Positions 42,095-50,435 of a DNA stretch of 64,000 bases are shown one piece after another. Below the pieces are notes generated by a model, which did no database searches, was not told the origin of the DNA, and saw only the letters and a program-made list of their open reading frames with translations. The translations under genes and the position numbers were made by a program. Positions within the stretch are counted from its first letter, which is position 1, and the number at the start of each line of letters is the position of its first letter. Origin of the DNA: Bdellovibrionales bacterium (lineage in GTDB: Bacteria > Bdellovibrionota > Bdellovibrionia > Bdellovibrionales > UBA1609). The stretch spans positions 352,001 through 416,000 of the forward strand of contig CBDHDF010000007.1 in assembly GCA_965261545.1 (NCBI GenBank). The letters run 5' to 3'.

Positions 42095-42908
42095 GGCTCT
42101 GGAAGCTTTTGAGGAGTGGGCAAAGGAAACTCTTCTGAACTCACCTTTGATTCATGCTGACGAAACTGGAGTGAATGTTAATGGGAAGAGGCTGTGGTTT
42201 CACCTCTTGTCCAATGATACTGTGGTTCTCTATCAGGTGGACGAAAAAAGAGGCGCAGAGGCTATGGATCGCATGGGAATTCTTCCAAAATACACAGGGA
42301 TTGTTTGTCATGACCATTGGAAACCTTATTATACATATACTTCCTGCATTCATGCCCTTTGCAATGCGCACCATTTAAGGGAGCTTCAAAGAGCTTGGGA
42401 GCAAGATGATCAAAAATGGGCAAAAGAAATGAAGTCTCTTTTAGAGACAATAAACAAAGAGGTGCACGATACGCAGAACCAATGCCTTTCACAAGACCGA
42501 ATTGAATATTACAAAGAGAAATATCGAAATATTCTCTTCGAAGGGGAAAAGGAATCTCCATTAATGGAGAGGACAGAGAAAAAAAAGAAGGGAAAGGTTA
42601 AACAATCCAAATCTAGAAATTTACTAGATCGACTGAGAAACTTTGAAGATGATACCTTGCTATTTATGAAGGACCCCATAGTTCCATTTACGAATAATAT
42701 AGCAGAAAATGATCTGAGAATGACCAAAGTTCAGCAGAAAATATCTGGGTGCTTTCGTTCGTTGATGGGAGCCAAGACATTTTGTAGAAACCGAAGCTTT
42801 CTCCTGACTTGCCAGAAAAATGGCATAGAACCTAAAGATGCTCTAAATATGCTATTTCAAGGAAAACTTCCCTCATTTATGACTCGAATTCGCCCACCCC
42901 CTGAATAG
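42095..42908 (+). pseudogene. IS66 transposase C-terminal half
   Basis: HADETG, HDHW, LCNAHHLREL, FTNNIAENDLR. Confidence 0.9.
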
Positions 42909-43511
42909 TTACAAAATTTTTCAAGTAAGGATGATGCATCTCTTTATTTGAAAGAGACATTAAAAACTAAGAAAAATTTTTTTTCATTGAGGAATCCGAG
43001 AATAAATTTGTAATTGAGAGAAACCTCAATGTTTTTCGAGATGAGATGATAAAGATGGGCTGCTTGATTCTCATCACTAATAACATTCAAATGGATCGGG
43101 ATGAAATTTTAAGATTATATAGAAGAAAAGATTGTGTAGAAAAGGTTTTTCGTGCTTTTAAGCATGACATAGATGAGAAAAGAAATAGGACACATTCGTT
43201 GATCGCAATGAGAGGAAGTATTTTCATTAATTTTATCTCTTTAATTTTGATTACATGGGTTGATCATGTGATGAAGAAAAATGAGCTATACAAAAAAATG
43301 ACAAAAGCCGAACTTTATAAGATATTAGACCGTCTCAAGTTGTATGAGCTAGCCACAGGCACTCCCATACTTGGTGAAGTGTCAAAAAAGCAAAAAGATA
43401 TTTTTAAGGCGTTCAATGTAAGTACAAATATTAATCCCAGCCGTCGCTTCACAATGTCAGGACCTTAGGCCAGAATCCTTGTTACCATTTTTGTAGAATT
43501 CAGCTTTCTTA

Positions 43512-44342
43512 ATGGCACTTTCAGACAGGTTAAAAAATAAATCAAAGGATGAAAAAATTGATGTTCAGAGACTACGTCGGCAAATAGCTTTTGATCGTTT
43601 ACTTGCCAGATTATTTCATATAGAGCCAAGCCCTTGGGTTCTGAAGGGTGGATACGCAATGGAGCTTAGGGTAAGTCATCCCAGGGCGACCAAAGACATC
43701 GATTTAGCAGTAAGAACAGGTTTTTTTGAAGCACCCCCTTCTGAATCCCTCAATATGACAATTCTAAAAGAGCTCAGAACAAGAGGCAGCGAAGATTTGA
43801 ATGATTTTTTTATATTTCAGATTTCTGATCCAATAATGGACTTGGAAGCGGCTCCATATGGAGGAGCAAGGTTTTCAGTTGAAGCTTTGGTGGATGGCCG
43901 TTTATTTTCAAAGCTTCACTTGGATGTGGGTCTTGGTGATGATCTGATTGAACCTGTAGATATAGTGATTGGTGAAGATTGGTTGGGCTTTGCCGGTCTT
44001 CATACAAAAGGGATTCCCACATTATCAGTAAACCAACAGTTTGCGGAAAAGTTGCATGCTTACACTCTGCCAAGAGGAGGAAGAAGGAACTCTCGTGTCA
44101 AAGATCTTATTGATATGACCCTACTACTCAGATCAGGAAAGTTAAAAAAAGAAAAGGTTATAGAAGCCATTGAGAGAACATTTAAGAGAAGAGTGACCCA
44201 TGAAATCCCCCATAAGTTGTTGTCGCCGCCAGATGAGTGGAGAGAGCCGTTTTCAAAGTTAGCCAGAGATTGCGAGTTGGTTTTAAGTTCAGAGGATGCC
44301 TTTAGAGAGCTTAACTTGTATTTTTTAACCCTTTTTACTTGA
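43512..44342 (+). CDS. AbiEii-family nucleotidyltransferase toxin, probably 5'-truncated by G; no antitoxin seen
   Basis: WVLKGGYAMELR, RATKDIDL, AEKLHAYT, SRVKDLID. Confidence 0.85.
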   Translation: MALSDRLKNKSKDEKIDVQRLRRQIAFDRLLARLFHIEPSPWVLKGGYAMELRVSHPRATKDIDLAVRTGFFEAPPSESLNMTILKELRTRGSEDLNDFFIFQISDPIMDLEAAPYGGARFSVEALVDGRLFSKLHLDVGLGDDLIEPVDIVIGEDWLGFAGLHTKGIPTLSVNQQFAEKLHAYTLPRGGRRNSRVKDLIDMTLLLRSGKLKKEKVIEAIERTFKRRVTHEIPHKLLSPPDEWREPFSKLARDCELVLSSEDAFRELNLYFLTLFT

Positions 44343-44439
44343 CTTGGATGGCATACTTATAGTACTTGAATTCGTGGTCGTTTTTATACACAACACTCCT
44401 TCTTTTTTATTTTTCTGATGTAACTACATGTTTCCCCCT

Positions 44440-44514
44440 TATCCCGAGGCCCCGTCCTCTCACAGAACTGTGCATACGGGTCCGTACACAGCTCCTCATG
44501 CTAATCGAACCCAT
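44440..44514 (-). ncRNA. Orphan group II intron 3' fragment (domain V and start of domain VI)
   Basis: Minus strand GAGCTGTGTACGGACCCGTATGCACAGTTC followed by TGTGAGAGG, directly after a ...WVRLA* ORF end. Confidence 0.7.
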
Positions 44515-44546
44515 TGTTAGGCGCCAATTAAAATTGGCGCCTAACA
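44515..44546. mobile_element. 32-bp palindromic scar made of two IS21-K right-end tips
   Basis: TGTTAGGCGCCAATTAAAATTGGCGCCTAACA; the first 23 bp are the reverse complement of 42067-42089. Confidence 0.75.
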
Positions 44547-44850
44547 CAAGGTGAATGGGCATATCTTCATTATGCCACTTCGCTTGGATCAGAGTTTTCG
44601 AGAGATAATCTTACTCTCAGATGGAAAACTTCTCCGATATGTTTTGAAAGTTTATCTGTACTCCATTTTTGTCTATTTGCCACAAAATCGGAGACCGCTT
44701 GAATGGAAAGGCCAGATTTTTCAGAAAAGCTTTGAAGCCCCATTGCTTTGATCGTTTCACGAAGAGCTGTATCCACAGCAAGCCCTTCTGCTTCAACGAT
44801 GTTTAATAAGTAGCTTTTGGCGTACTCAGGGTTTTCAAATTTCTTAGCTA

Positions 44851-46749
44851 CCTGAAATCCCTAAAAGTTGTAACTAGGTTTAATGTATTGCGTTAACTTT
44901 CCTCTCTTCCTATGGAATTGGCTGCTGTCAACGGTTTGAGAGGTTTAATAGTATTAATATATTTAATATGATTCATAAGAATTTGCTGCGAAAGGTCCTC
45001 TTCGTCTCCATTGGATAGATGAGGCATAGTGGTAGCCACAGCCACCGTCACATTTGAAACAGATAAAAAACATCATTTTGTCTTGGGAAGCCCATCTATT
45101 TGGAAGGCTGAAAAAATATCCTTTTGTTTTTTAGACAGCTCTCCAAGCATCAGATCACCTGTAGCTAATTCATAAAATTTTAATCGGTCCATCATTTTGT
45201 AAATTTCTATTTTAGACATTTTTTTATATAACTTCTTATCTTTCATAACAGTATCAATATGTGAAATTAAAATTAAAGAGAGAAAATTAATAAAGATGCT
45301 TCCCCTCATATTCATGAGAGAATGAACTCGACTTCTCCTTCCATTAATATCATGCTTGAATGAGAAAAATACTTTCTCAATGATATCTTTGTTTCGATAT
45401 AAACTCAATATATCTGTTTTCTTTAAATCATGACTATTTGTAATTAATATCATAATACCCAGCGTAGAAGATTCTTCATTAATATTTTCTTCATTTAAAG
45501 AAATCTTAAATGGAGTGCAATCAGAGATATTGAGAAACCTTTTTTTATTTCCTAAAGTTTCTTTCATATAGGAACTAGCTTGTTCTTCTGATTTCAAATC
45601 TTTCTCAAGAAAGAGTTTCATAAAATCAAGCAACTCTTTCATTAACACAGATTCCTCATAAACCCTTCTTTCTTTGTCTAAGAAAATATGAGCCGTACAA
45701 TCAAATCCTCCGATTTTTATTGATTCTTTGCAATGCGAATAAATTTCCTCATTAAAAGTAAAAGAGCATGATGGAGATTTTATTTTCTCATTTAAAGCCA
45801 CAGCAAGCTCTCTTGAGAGTTTTGTTCTAAAACTCATGGGTATCAAATACTTCAATTCCTTACGATGCAGTCCCTTAATATTTTCTACACTAGAAAAACC
45901 CTTATCCATAACTAAACAATCTAAATCTAATTTATAACTTGTTATGATCTCAATAATATTCGATAAAGTTTTGACATCCGGTATACTTCCAGGATAGATT
46001 CTGTACGCTATAGGCGTATGAGTTTTATTGTCTTCAGATTTCCTACTTATCAGACCTAAGTTTATCTGTTCGAGATTCTCTCCATCTCTGTTGTAACCTT
46101 TCTCTAAAAATTCATTATTCATAGAGTAGGAAGAAAAGGATGTGATGTCAAACATTACCGTACCAGAACCCTTCACTTGACTTATCCATTCGCTAAAGAA
46201 AGATTCTATCTTTTTTTGATCTCTCCCAAGATCACATAAGAGATTGCTTATTTTTTGTGACGACATAAAATTTTTCTTTGAAACATAAGCTTCTTGACAC
46301 CACATATCGTAAAGATAAAAGGGCTCTCTTTTGATTATTTTAAAAAAAACTAAATGCAAATAATGTTCGTAATTATCTGGATAAATTTTAGACAATGTTT
46401 TTAGAAGATTTAGTTGTTCGCATATTTTCTCTAAGAAAAATAAGGCTCCCACATTATAGGAGCCTATGGGAATCTTTTTTCTTTTGGTCTTAATTTGACC
46501 TGTAAACTCATCCTTTCTTCCAAGGTAGATGCGTTTTTGCCTGGCCTGCTTTTTTTCCTTGTCCCAAAAGCTTTCAACTTTATAGACATAGGTTTTTCCC
46601 TTATTTTTTTGCTCAAAAGTGTATGACATCGTTAATATTGTAACTATGCTTTTGAAGAGATGACAATCTCTTAATCAAAGTGAAGGCCTTCTCAGACAAT
46701 AATCAGGACTTAAGCCCTACACCTAGTTACAACTTTTAGGGATTTCAGG
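44851..46749 (-). mobile_element. IS1634-family element H, copy 2
   Basis: Same IRs as copy 1; 6-bp DR TAGCTA. Confidence 0.9.
45073..46629 (-). CDS. IS1634-family transposase, copy 2
   Basis: 518 aa; near-identical to 25681-27237. Confidence 0.9.
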   Translation of the reverse strand: MSYTFEQKNKGKTYVYKVESFWDKEKKQARQKRIYLGRKDEFTGQIKTKRKKIPIGSYNVGALFFLEKICEQLNLLKTLSKIYPDNYEHYLHLVFFKIIKREPFYLYDMWCQEAYVSKKNFMSSQKISNLLCDLGRDQKKIESFFSEWISQVKGSGTVMFDITSFSSYSMNNEFLEKGYNRDGENLEQINLGLISRKSEDNKTHTPIAYRIYPGSIPDVKTLSNIIEIITSYKLDLDCLVMDKGFSSVENIKGLHRKELKYLIPMSFRTKLSRELAVALNEKIKSPSCSFTFNEEIYSHCKESIKIGGFDCTAHIFLDKERRVYEESVLMKELLDFMKLFLEKDLKSEEQASSYMKETLGNKKRFLNISDCTPFKISLNEENINEESSTLGIMILITNSHDLKKTDILSLYRNKDIIEKVFFSFKHDINGRRSRVHSLMNMRGSIFINFLSLILISHIDTVMKDKKLYKKMSKIEIYKMMDRLKFYELATGDLMLGELSKKQKDIFSAFQIDGLPKTK

Positions 46750-46772
46750 TAGCTAATACTTCATCATAGCTT

Positions 46773-46949
46773 TTACTTCTGTTTGCCATAATAACTCCAA
46801 TACTCCATGGCTTTTTTTATGTCTCTACTTTGTGTTCTTTTGTTTCCACCAATTAGGAGAAGAATGAGTTGGTCACCACCCTCTCCAAAATACACTCTCC
46901 CAGAAGCATGTGGGATCTTAATTTCAAAAACACCATCCTTTAAATTTTT
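46773..46949 (-). pseudogene. RelE/ParE-like addiction-module toxin, 5'-truncated
   Basis: KNLKDGVFEIKI...RVYF...LILLLIGGNKRTQSRDIKKA; upstream part replaced by a MITE. Confidence 0.8.
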
Positions 46950-47216
46950 CATAGTGGTCCCTTTAATTGGTCCTAGAAATCGAACCATTTTGAAACAAAA
47001 CATCTCAAGTCGCTGAAATAACATGTGAAAAATGAGTGAAAATTGTCAACTTTCTACTCAAGTTATCAGGACCTTAATCCGATATTGTATAGGAGGTTGA
47101 CAATGAAATGTAAAAATTGTGGATCAGAAAACACCATAAAGAAGTCCAGCTAGTTTAGCAACTCTCTTTTCGTCACTTTCTCATTTTGAATAGGACCAAT
47201 TAAAGGGACCACTATG
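46950..47216. mobile_element. 267-bp MITE-like element with perfect 26-bp IRs
   Basis: CATAGTGGTCCCTTTAATTGGTCCTA at 46950-46975 and its reverse complement at 47191-47216; no exact DR. Confidence 0.7.
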
Positions 47217-47259
47217 CTTTAATTTGAAGAAGATCATAGTCTGGGAAGATTAAATTTGA

Positions 47260-47604
47260 ATGGCGAATTCTAAAAACAAAAGCTCGAAGATGTCGAAGCC
47301 CGGCTTTATTCCACAGAAGTTAAAACCATGGATTGAAGCCCGGAAGCAATTCCACTTGTCGCATGCGCAGATTCAGATGGCCCGAGAACTCGGTATGAAC
47401 CCTAAAAAATTGGGAGGTATGGCAAACCACAAGCAGGAGCCATGGAAGGTGCCGTTGCCTCAGTACATTGAGCATCTTTACCAAAAGCAATTCGGTAAGG
47501 ATACTCCTGACGACGTGCGCCCCATCGAAACTAAAGTGGTTGATAAACGCAAAAAGACGGAGGCAAAGAAGAGAATAAAAAGTTCAAAACGTGAAGACGT
47601 ATAA
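47260..47604 (+). CDS. Small basic hypothetical protein, possible integron cassette gene
   Basis: 114 aa, WIEARKQFHLSHAQIQMARELGMNPKK; followed by attC-like sequence. Confidence 0.75.
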   Translation: MANSKNKSSKMSKPGFIPQKLKPWIEARKQFHLSHAQIQMARELGMNPKKLGGMANHKQEPWKVPLPQYIEHLYQKQFGKDTPDDVRPIETKVVDKRKKTEAKKRIKSSKREDV

Positions 47605-47650
47605 CATGTCATTCAAGTTGACACTATGTTGAGGCAGGAGCGACGCCTAT

Positions 47651-47738
47651 GGGCTTGTCCAAAAATAAGTTGAACAATTCTAAGTTTTAAGTCGAAGATA
47701 AAAGATTTAAACTGTCCAATTTATTTATGGACAAGCCC
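47651..47738. mobile_element. 88-bp MITE
   Basis: IR GGGCTTGTCCA(A/T)AAATAA; 3-bp DR TAT. Confidence 0.7.
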
Positions 47739-47868
47739 TATGAACCTCAATGTTCACATTATTTTTATCCATACATAAAATAAAAATGAAAATGAAATAT
47801 CCTAGTTGTTCAAGTTATTTGGTTAAGAGCCCTTAGTTAGTCGCTGTCGCGAAATTAAAAAGGGCCGT

Positions 47869-49401
47869 TTATGTGCCCTCATTTGGACTTGGGCTCTGAA
47901 GTAGCCTCTTTTTAACTTTCCCTTGTTCTACCCACCCTTGAAGCTTGGAGTTGGCATCGTCACCGCTAAATTTCTCATAATTTGGTGCAGATTGAACCCC
48001 ATGGTCGAGCGATACCCCGAAGCCAGTGTGGCCCCATCCCCTTTCATCTTGCTTCTTGCTAATCCAAAGTTTTTGACATGCCCTATGAGAGGTTCGACCC
48101 CCGACCTGCGATTGTATAATTCTTCTTTCTGGGGGGCTTCGACCTGTTCTTTTACGTTGGCAGGTCTTTGAATTCCATCTGCATTTCCCACAACATCTTT
48201 GACGAGATTGACGTTGGCTTGTGAATAATACCCCTTGTCTGTTGTAACTGACTCTAAAATATCTTCGCCAAATATTTTTTGATGTTCTTCCAATATAGCT
48301 GGCAATGACTCCTTGTCGTCCATTCTCACAGAAGTGCAAGTATAGGGAACAATAAAATTTCCACCAATCCGCCCGACTTGGAAGACCCTCCCAAACTCCT
48401 TGTCTTTGCCTAACTTCCCCTTTTTGATACAGGCGACCGCACACAATTTGAAGGCAAGGATTTTGCCAGGCTTGATGGTGTGAGTTCTTACAAAATGGGC
48501 CACGTCCAAAAGGTATCTCCAAGCCTTGTCTCTCACTTCTGTGACGGCTTCTCGGTGGTTCCAAGGAAGACTCGCTAGAGCCTGTGGAGAAAGATTTTCT
48601 GCAAACCTTATAAAGGCTTTTAACTCTGACTTTACAAGACTGTGAAGGTCTGAAAATACCTCCCTCTTCTTCTCTAATACACAATTTTTGGCTAGAAAAA
48701 AATACTTTCGAGCGGCCTTGATGATGGCTTTGATATCTATGGTTATACCCGATGGTAAGTAGGTCTTCTGCTTTTCTTGAAGATACGAAAGAATTTTGTA
48801 ACACTTCTGAGCCAACTTTTTCAAAAGACTGGCATCGGAGGGATAAGCCATATTGGCTTCCTGAACGGTCGAATCGACATCCAAATGAGAGGCGTCTGCA
48901 AACCCCAGGGATTGAGCCAAGCGAAGAATATAATCTCCTATTTCTTTGTGAGTCTCTTCCGTCAGTCGATTGCGAAATTTTTCTATTTTCGTATGATCGG
49001 GACAACACCATTTTTTGAGGATATTTAGACCACAAAAAAGCTGATAACTGGCCGTTTCTTTTATCCGTTGCTCCACCCCTCGATCCGTGAGTTTGAATAG
49101 AACCTGAAGCAGCAGCACGGCTAGATGAACTCTTAAAAAGAGCTTTCTTCCTAGCCACCAAAAACCCTTTGCAGTCGTGGCTTTTAAGTCGGGCATGACC
49201 AGACACGACAGATAGCTCCAATCGACGTGGTTGGCCAGTTGAATCAGAGGATCGGATTCTGTGACGATAATAGATACCTTGGCAGGGTGGACCTTGGTTT
49301 CGAGGCCTTCTGGGCATAAACTCATAGCGATAATCCTTTATCATGAGGTGAAACATGGTAATAAGGTTAACAGGAGGCCCAATGAAAAAGAAGCAAATCA
49401 T
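47869..49401 (-). CDS. Candidate overprinted ORF (up to 510 aa) in the -1 frame of the IS5 transposase
   Basis: Stop-free across the whole transposase; codon-junction bias described in findings; expression unproven. Confidence 0.45.
   Translation of the reverse strand: MICFFFIGPPVNLITMFHLMIKDYRYEFMPRRPRNQGPPCQGIYYRHRIRSSDSTGQPRRLELSVVSGHARLKSHDCKGFLVARKKALFKSSSSRAAASGSIQTHGSRGGATDKRNGQLSAFLWSKYPQKMVLSRSYENRKISQSTDGRDSQRNRRLYSSLGSIPGVCRRLSFGCRFDRSGSQYGLSLRCQSFEKVGSEVLQNSFVSSRKAEDLLTIGYNHRYQSHHQGRSKVFFSSQKLCIREEEGGIFRPSQSCKVRVKSLYKVCRKSFSTGSSESSLEPPRSRHRSERQGLEIPFGRGPFCKNSHHQAWQNPCLQIVCGRLYQKGEVRQRQGVWEGLPSRADWWKFYCSLYLHFCENGRQGVIASYIGRTSKNIWRRYFRVSYNRQGVLFTSQRQSRQRCCGKCRWNSKTCQRKRTGRSPPERRIIQSQVGGRTSHRACQKLWISKKQDERGWGHTGFGVSLDHGVQSAPNYEKFSGDDANSKLQGWVEQGKVKKRLLQSPSPNEGT
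47928..49325 (-). CDS. IS5-family DDE transposase, copy 2
   Basis: 465 aa; AAAGGA RBS; near-identical to 10231-11628. Confidence 0.9.
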   Translation of the reverse strand: MSLCPEGLETKVHPAKVSIIVTESDPLIQLANHVDWSYLSCLVMPDLKATTAKGFWWLGRKLFLRVHLAVLLLQVLFKLTDRGVEQRIKETASYQLFCGLNILKKWCCPDHTKIEKFRNRLTEETHKEIGDYILRLAQSLGFADASHLDVDSTVQEANMAYPSDASLLKKLAQKCYKILSYLQEKQKTYLPSGITIDIKAIIKAARKYFFLAKNCVLEKKREVFSDLHSLVKSELKAFIRFAENLSPQALASLPWNHREAVTEVRDKAWRYLLDVAHFVRTHTIKPGKILAFKLCAVACIKKGKLGKDKEFGRVFQVGRIGGNFIVPYTCTSVRMDDKESLPAILEEHQKIFGEDILESVTTDKGYYSQANVNLVKDVVGNADGIQRPANVKEQVEAPQKEELYNRRSGVEPLIGHVKNFGLARSKMKGDGATLASGYRSTMGFNLHQIMRNLAVTMPTPSFKGG

Positions 49402-49822
49402 TCAACCAAGAAGGAAAGAACTTGAAAAGGCTATTAGTGATTTTTGTGACCAATATATAAACGATGAGTATAAAAACCTCTGTCACGGTGTAGTAGCAAG
49501 AATGTCTCGAAAAAGACAAGTCCCTTACATGACAGGAAGAGTAGAAATTTGGGCTGCGGGGATTATTCATGCCATTGGGAGAATTAACTTTCTTTATGAT
49601 AGCAAGACGTCACCATATGTTTCCATGGATGAGATTGTTGAGCACTTCAACACATCAAAAAGGACAGTGGGGCCAAAAGCAAAAATCATCATGGATATGT
49701 GTAAAATGAACCATTTTGACCCAGAATTCTCTACTCGCTATCTTCAGGAGAGGAGTCCATTTAAAAATCTTATGCAAATTGAAAATTATATTTATCAAAA
49801 AGACCACCTTGAAGCTGAATGA
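49382..49822 (+). CDS. DUF6398-like passenger protein
   Basis: AGGAGG RBS; IWAAGIIHAIGRINFLYD motif; lies inside the IRs of M. Confidence 0.75.
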   Translation: MKKKQIIQPRRKELEKAISDFCDQYINDEYKNLCHGVVARMSRKRQVPYMTGRVEIWAAGIIHAIGRINFLYDSKTSPYVSMDEIVEHFNTSKRTVGPKAKIIMDMCKMNHFDPEFSTRYLQERSPFKNLMQIENYIYQKDHLEAE

Positions 49823-50015
49823 TGGATTTCTTAAGTCTATTTCGCGACAGCGACTAGTTAAAGAGATAGTTATTGTTCAAATATAACTATTGCGATTCCA
49901 CCCTTTTTAAAGTGACTGTGTAGAATATTGAAAGTCATGTCTTTAGCTCCTAGGCTATCTGTCCAGCAGCGCAAAGTCACAGAATCTCCTGATTCGTTCA
50001 TTTGAATACGGTCAA

Positions 50016-50289
50016 TGAGGTGGACCCCAATGTCAGACTGAAAAACTTGATTTTTAAGCTACACCACAGCGCATAAAGAAGCCCCGTGTTAATGTGTTAA
50101 ATCCACCTCTCCCATATGCACCTGATAAGGGGTGCAATCCTGAAGAGACTGGTGTGGCCTTTTATTATTATAAAAATTAAAATACGTTTTAAAACCTTTG
50201 TTGGCTTGAACCATTGATTTGTCTTGATAGCCTTTCAAGTAAACCTCTTCGTACTTAACAGACCGCCAAAGCCGCTCGATCATGATGTT
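50016..50289 (-). pseudogene. IS3 right-end fragment
   Basis: Near-identical to 11985-12258; cut by IS21 E. Confidence 0.9.
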
Positions 50290-50435
50290 TGCAAAATTTC
50301 ACCTAGTTTGACCCACCCAATTTCACCTAGTTTGACCCACCCGATTTCACGAAGTTTGACCCACTGAATTTCACCAAACATTGACCCACTTAGATCTTCA
50401 TAGATATTCTTTCTGCGCTACGCATTAACGAGGAG

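Larger units (their letters stand above)
37891..42912 (+). mobile_element. IS66-family (single-ORF, ISBst12-like) element L, interrupted by K
   Basis: IR GTAACTATTCAGGGG at both ends; 11 bp of G missing at the site instead of a DR. Confidence 0.85.
35279..43503 (+). mobile_element. IS1634-family element G, copy 2 (5'-truncated, frameshifted, interrupted by intron and IS66/IS21)
   Basis: Pieces at 35279-35777, 37651-37890 and 42913-43503; end GTTACCATTTTTGTAGAATTCAG; frameshifts near 35590 and 42980. Confidence 0.8.
44570..46789 (-). pseudogene. HTH antitoxin (addiction-module antidote type) split by H copy 2
   Basis: Removing H and one DR gives MANRSKSYDEVLAKKFENPEYAKSYLL...ALRETIKAMGLQSFSEKSGLS; overlaps the stop of the upstream toxin gene. 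Confidence 0.75.
47839..49855 (-). mobile_element. IS5-family element M, complete copy with passenger gene
   Basis: 17-bp IR AGTCGCTGTCGCGAAAT; 4-bp DR AGTT at 47835-47838 and 49856-49859. Confidence 0.9.

Noticed and set aside
44515..44546. attC site (GTTAGGC/GCCTAAC)
   Set aside because: Core sites are in the wrong order for one attC, and 23 bp match the IS21-K IR exactly.
50295..50390. Four 24-bp repeats as a CRISPR array
   Set aside because: No spacers and no cas genes; they are reiterated transposase-binding sites at an IS21 end.
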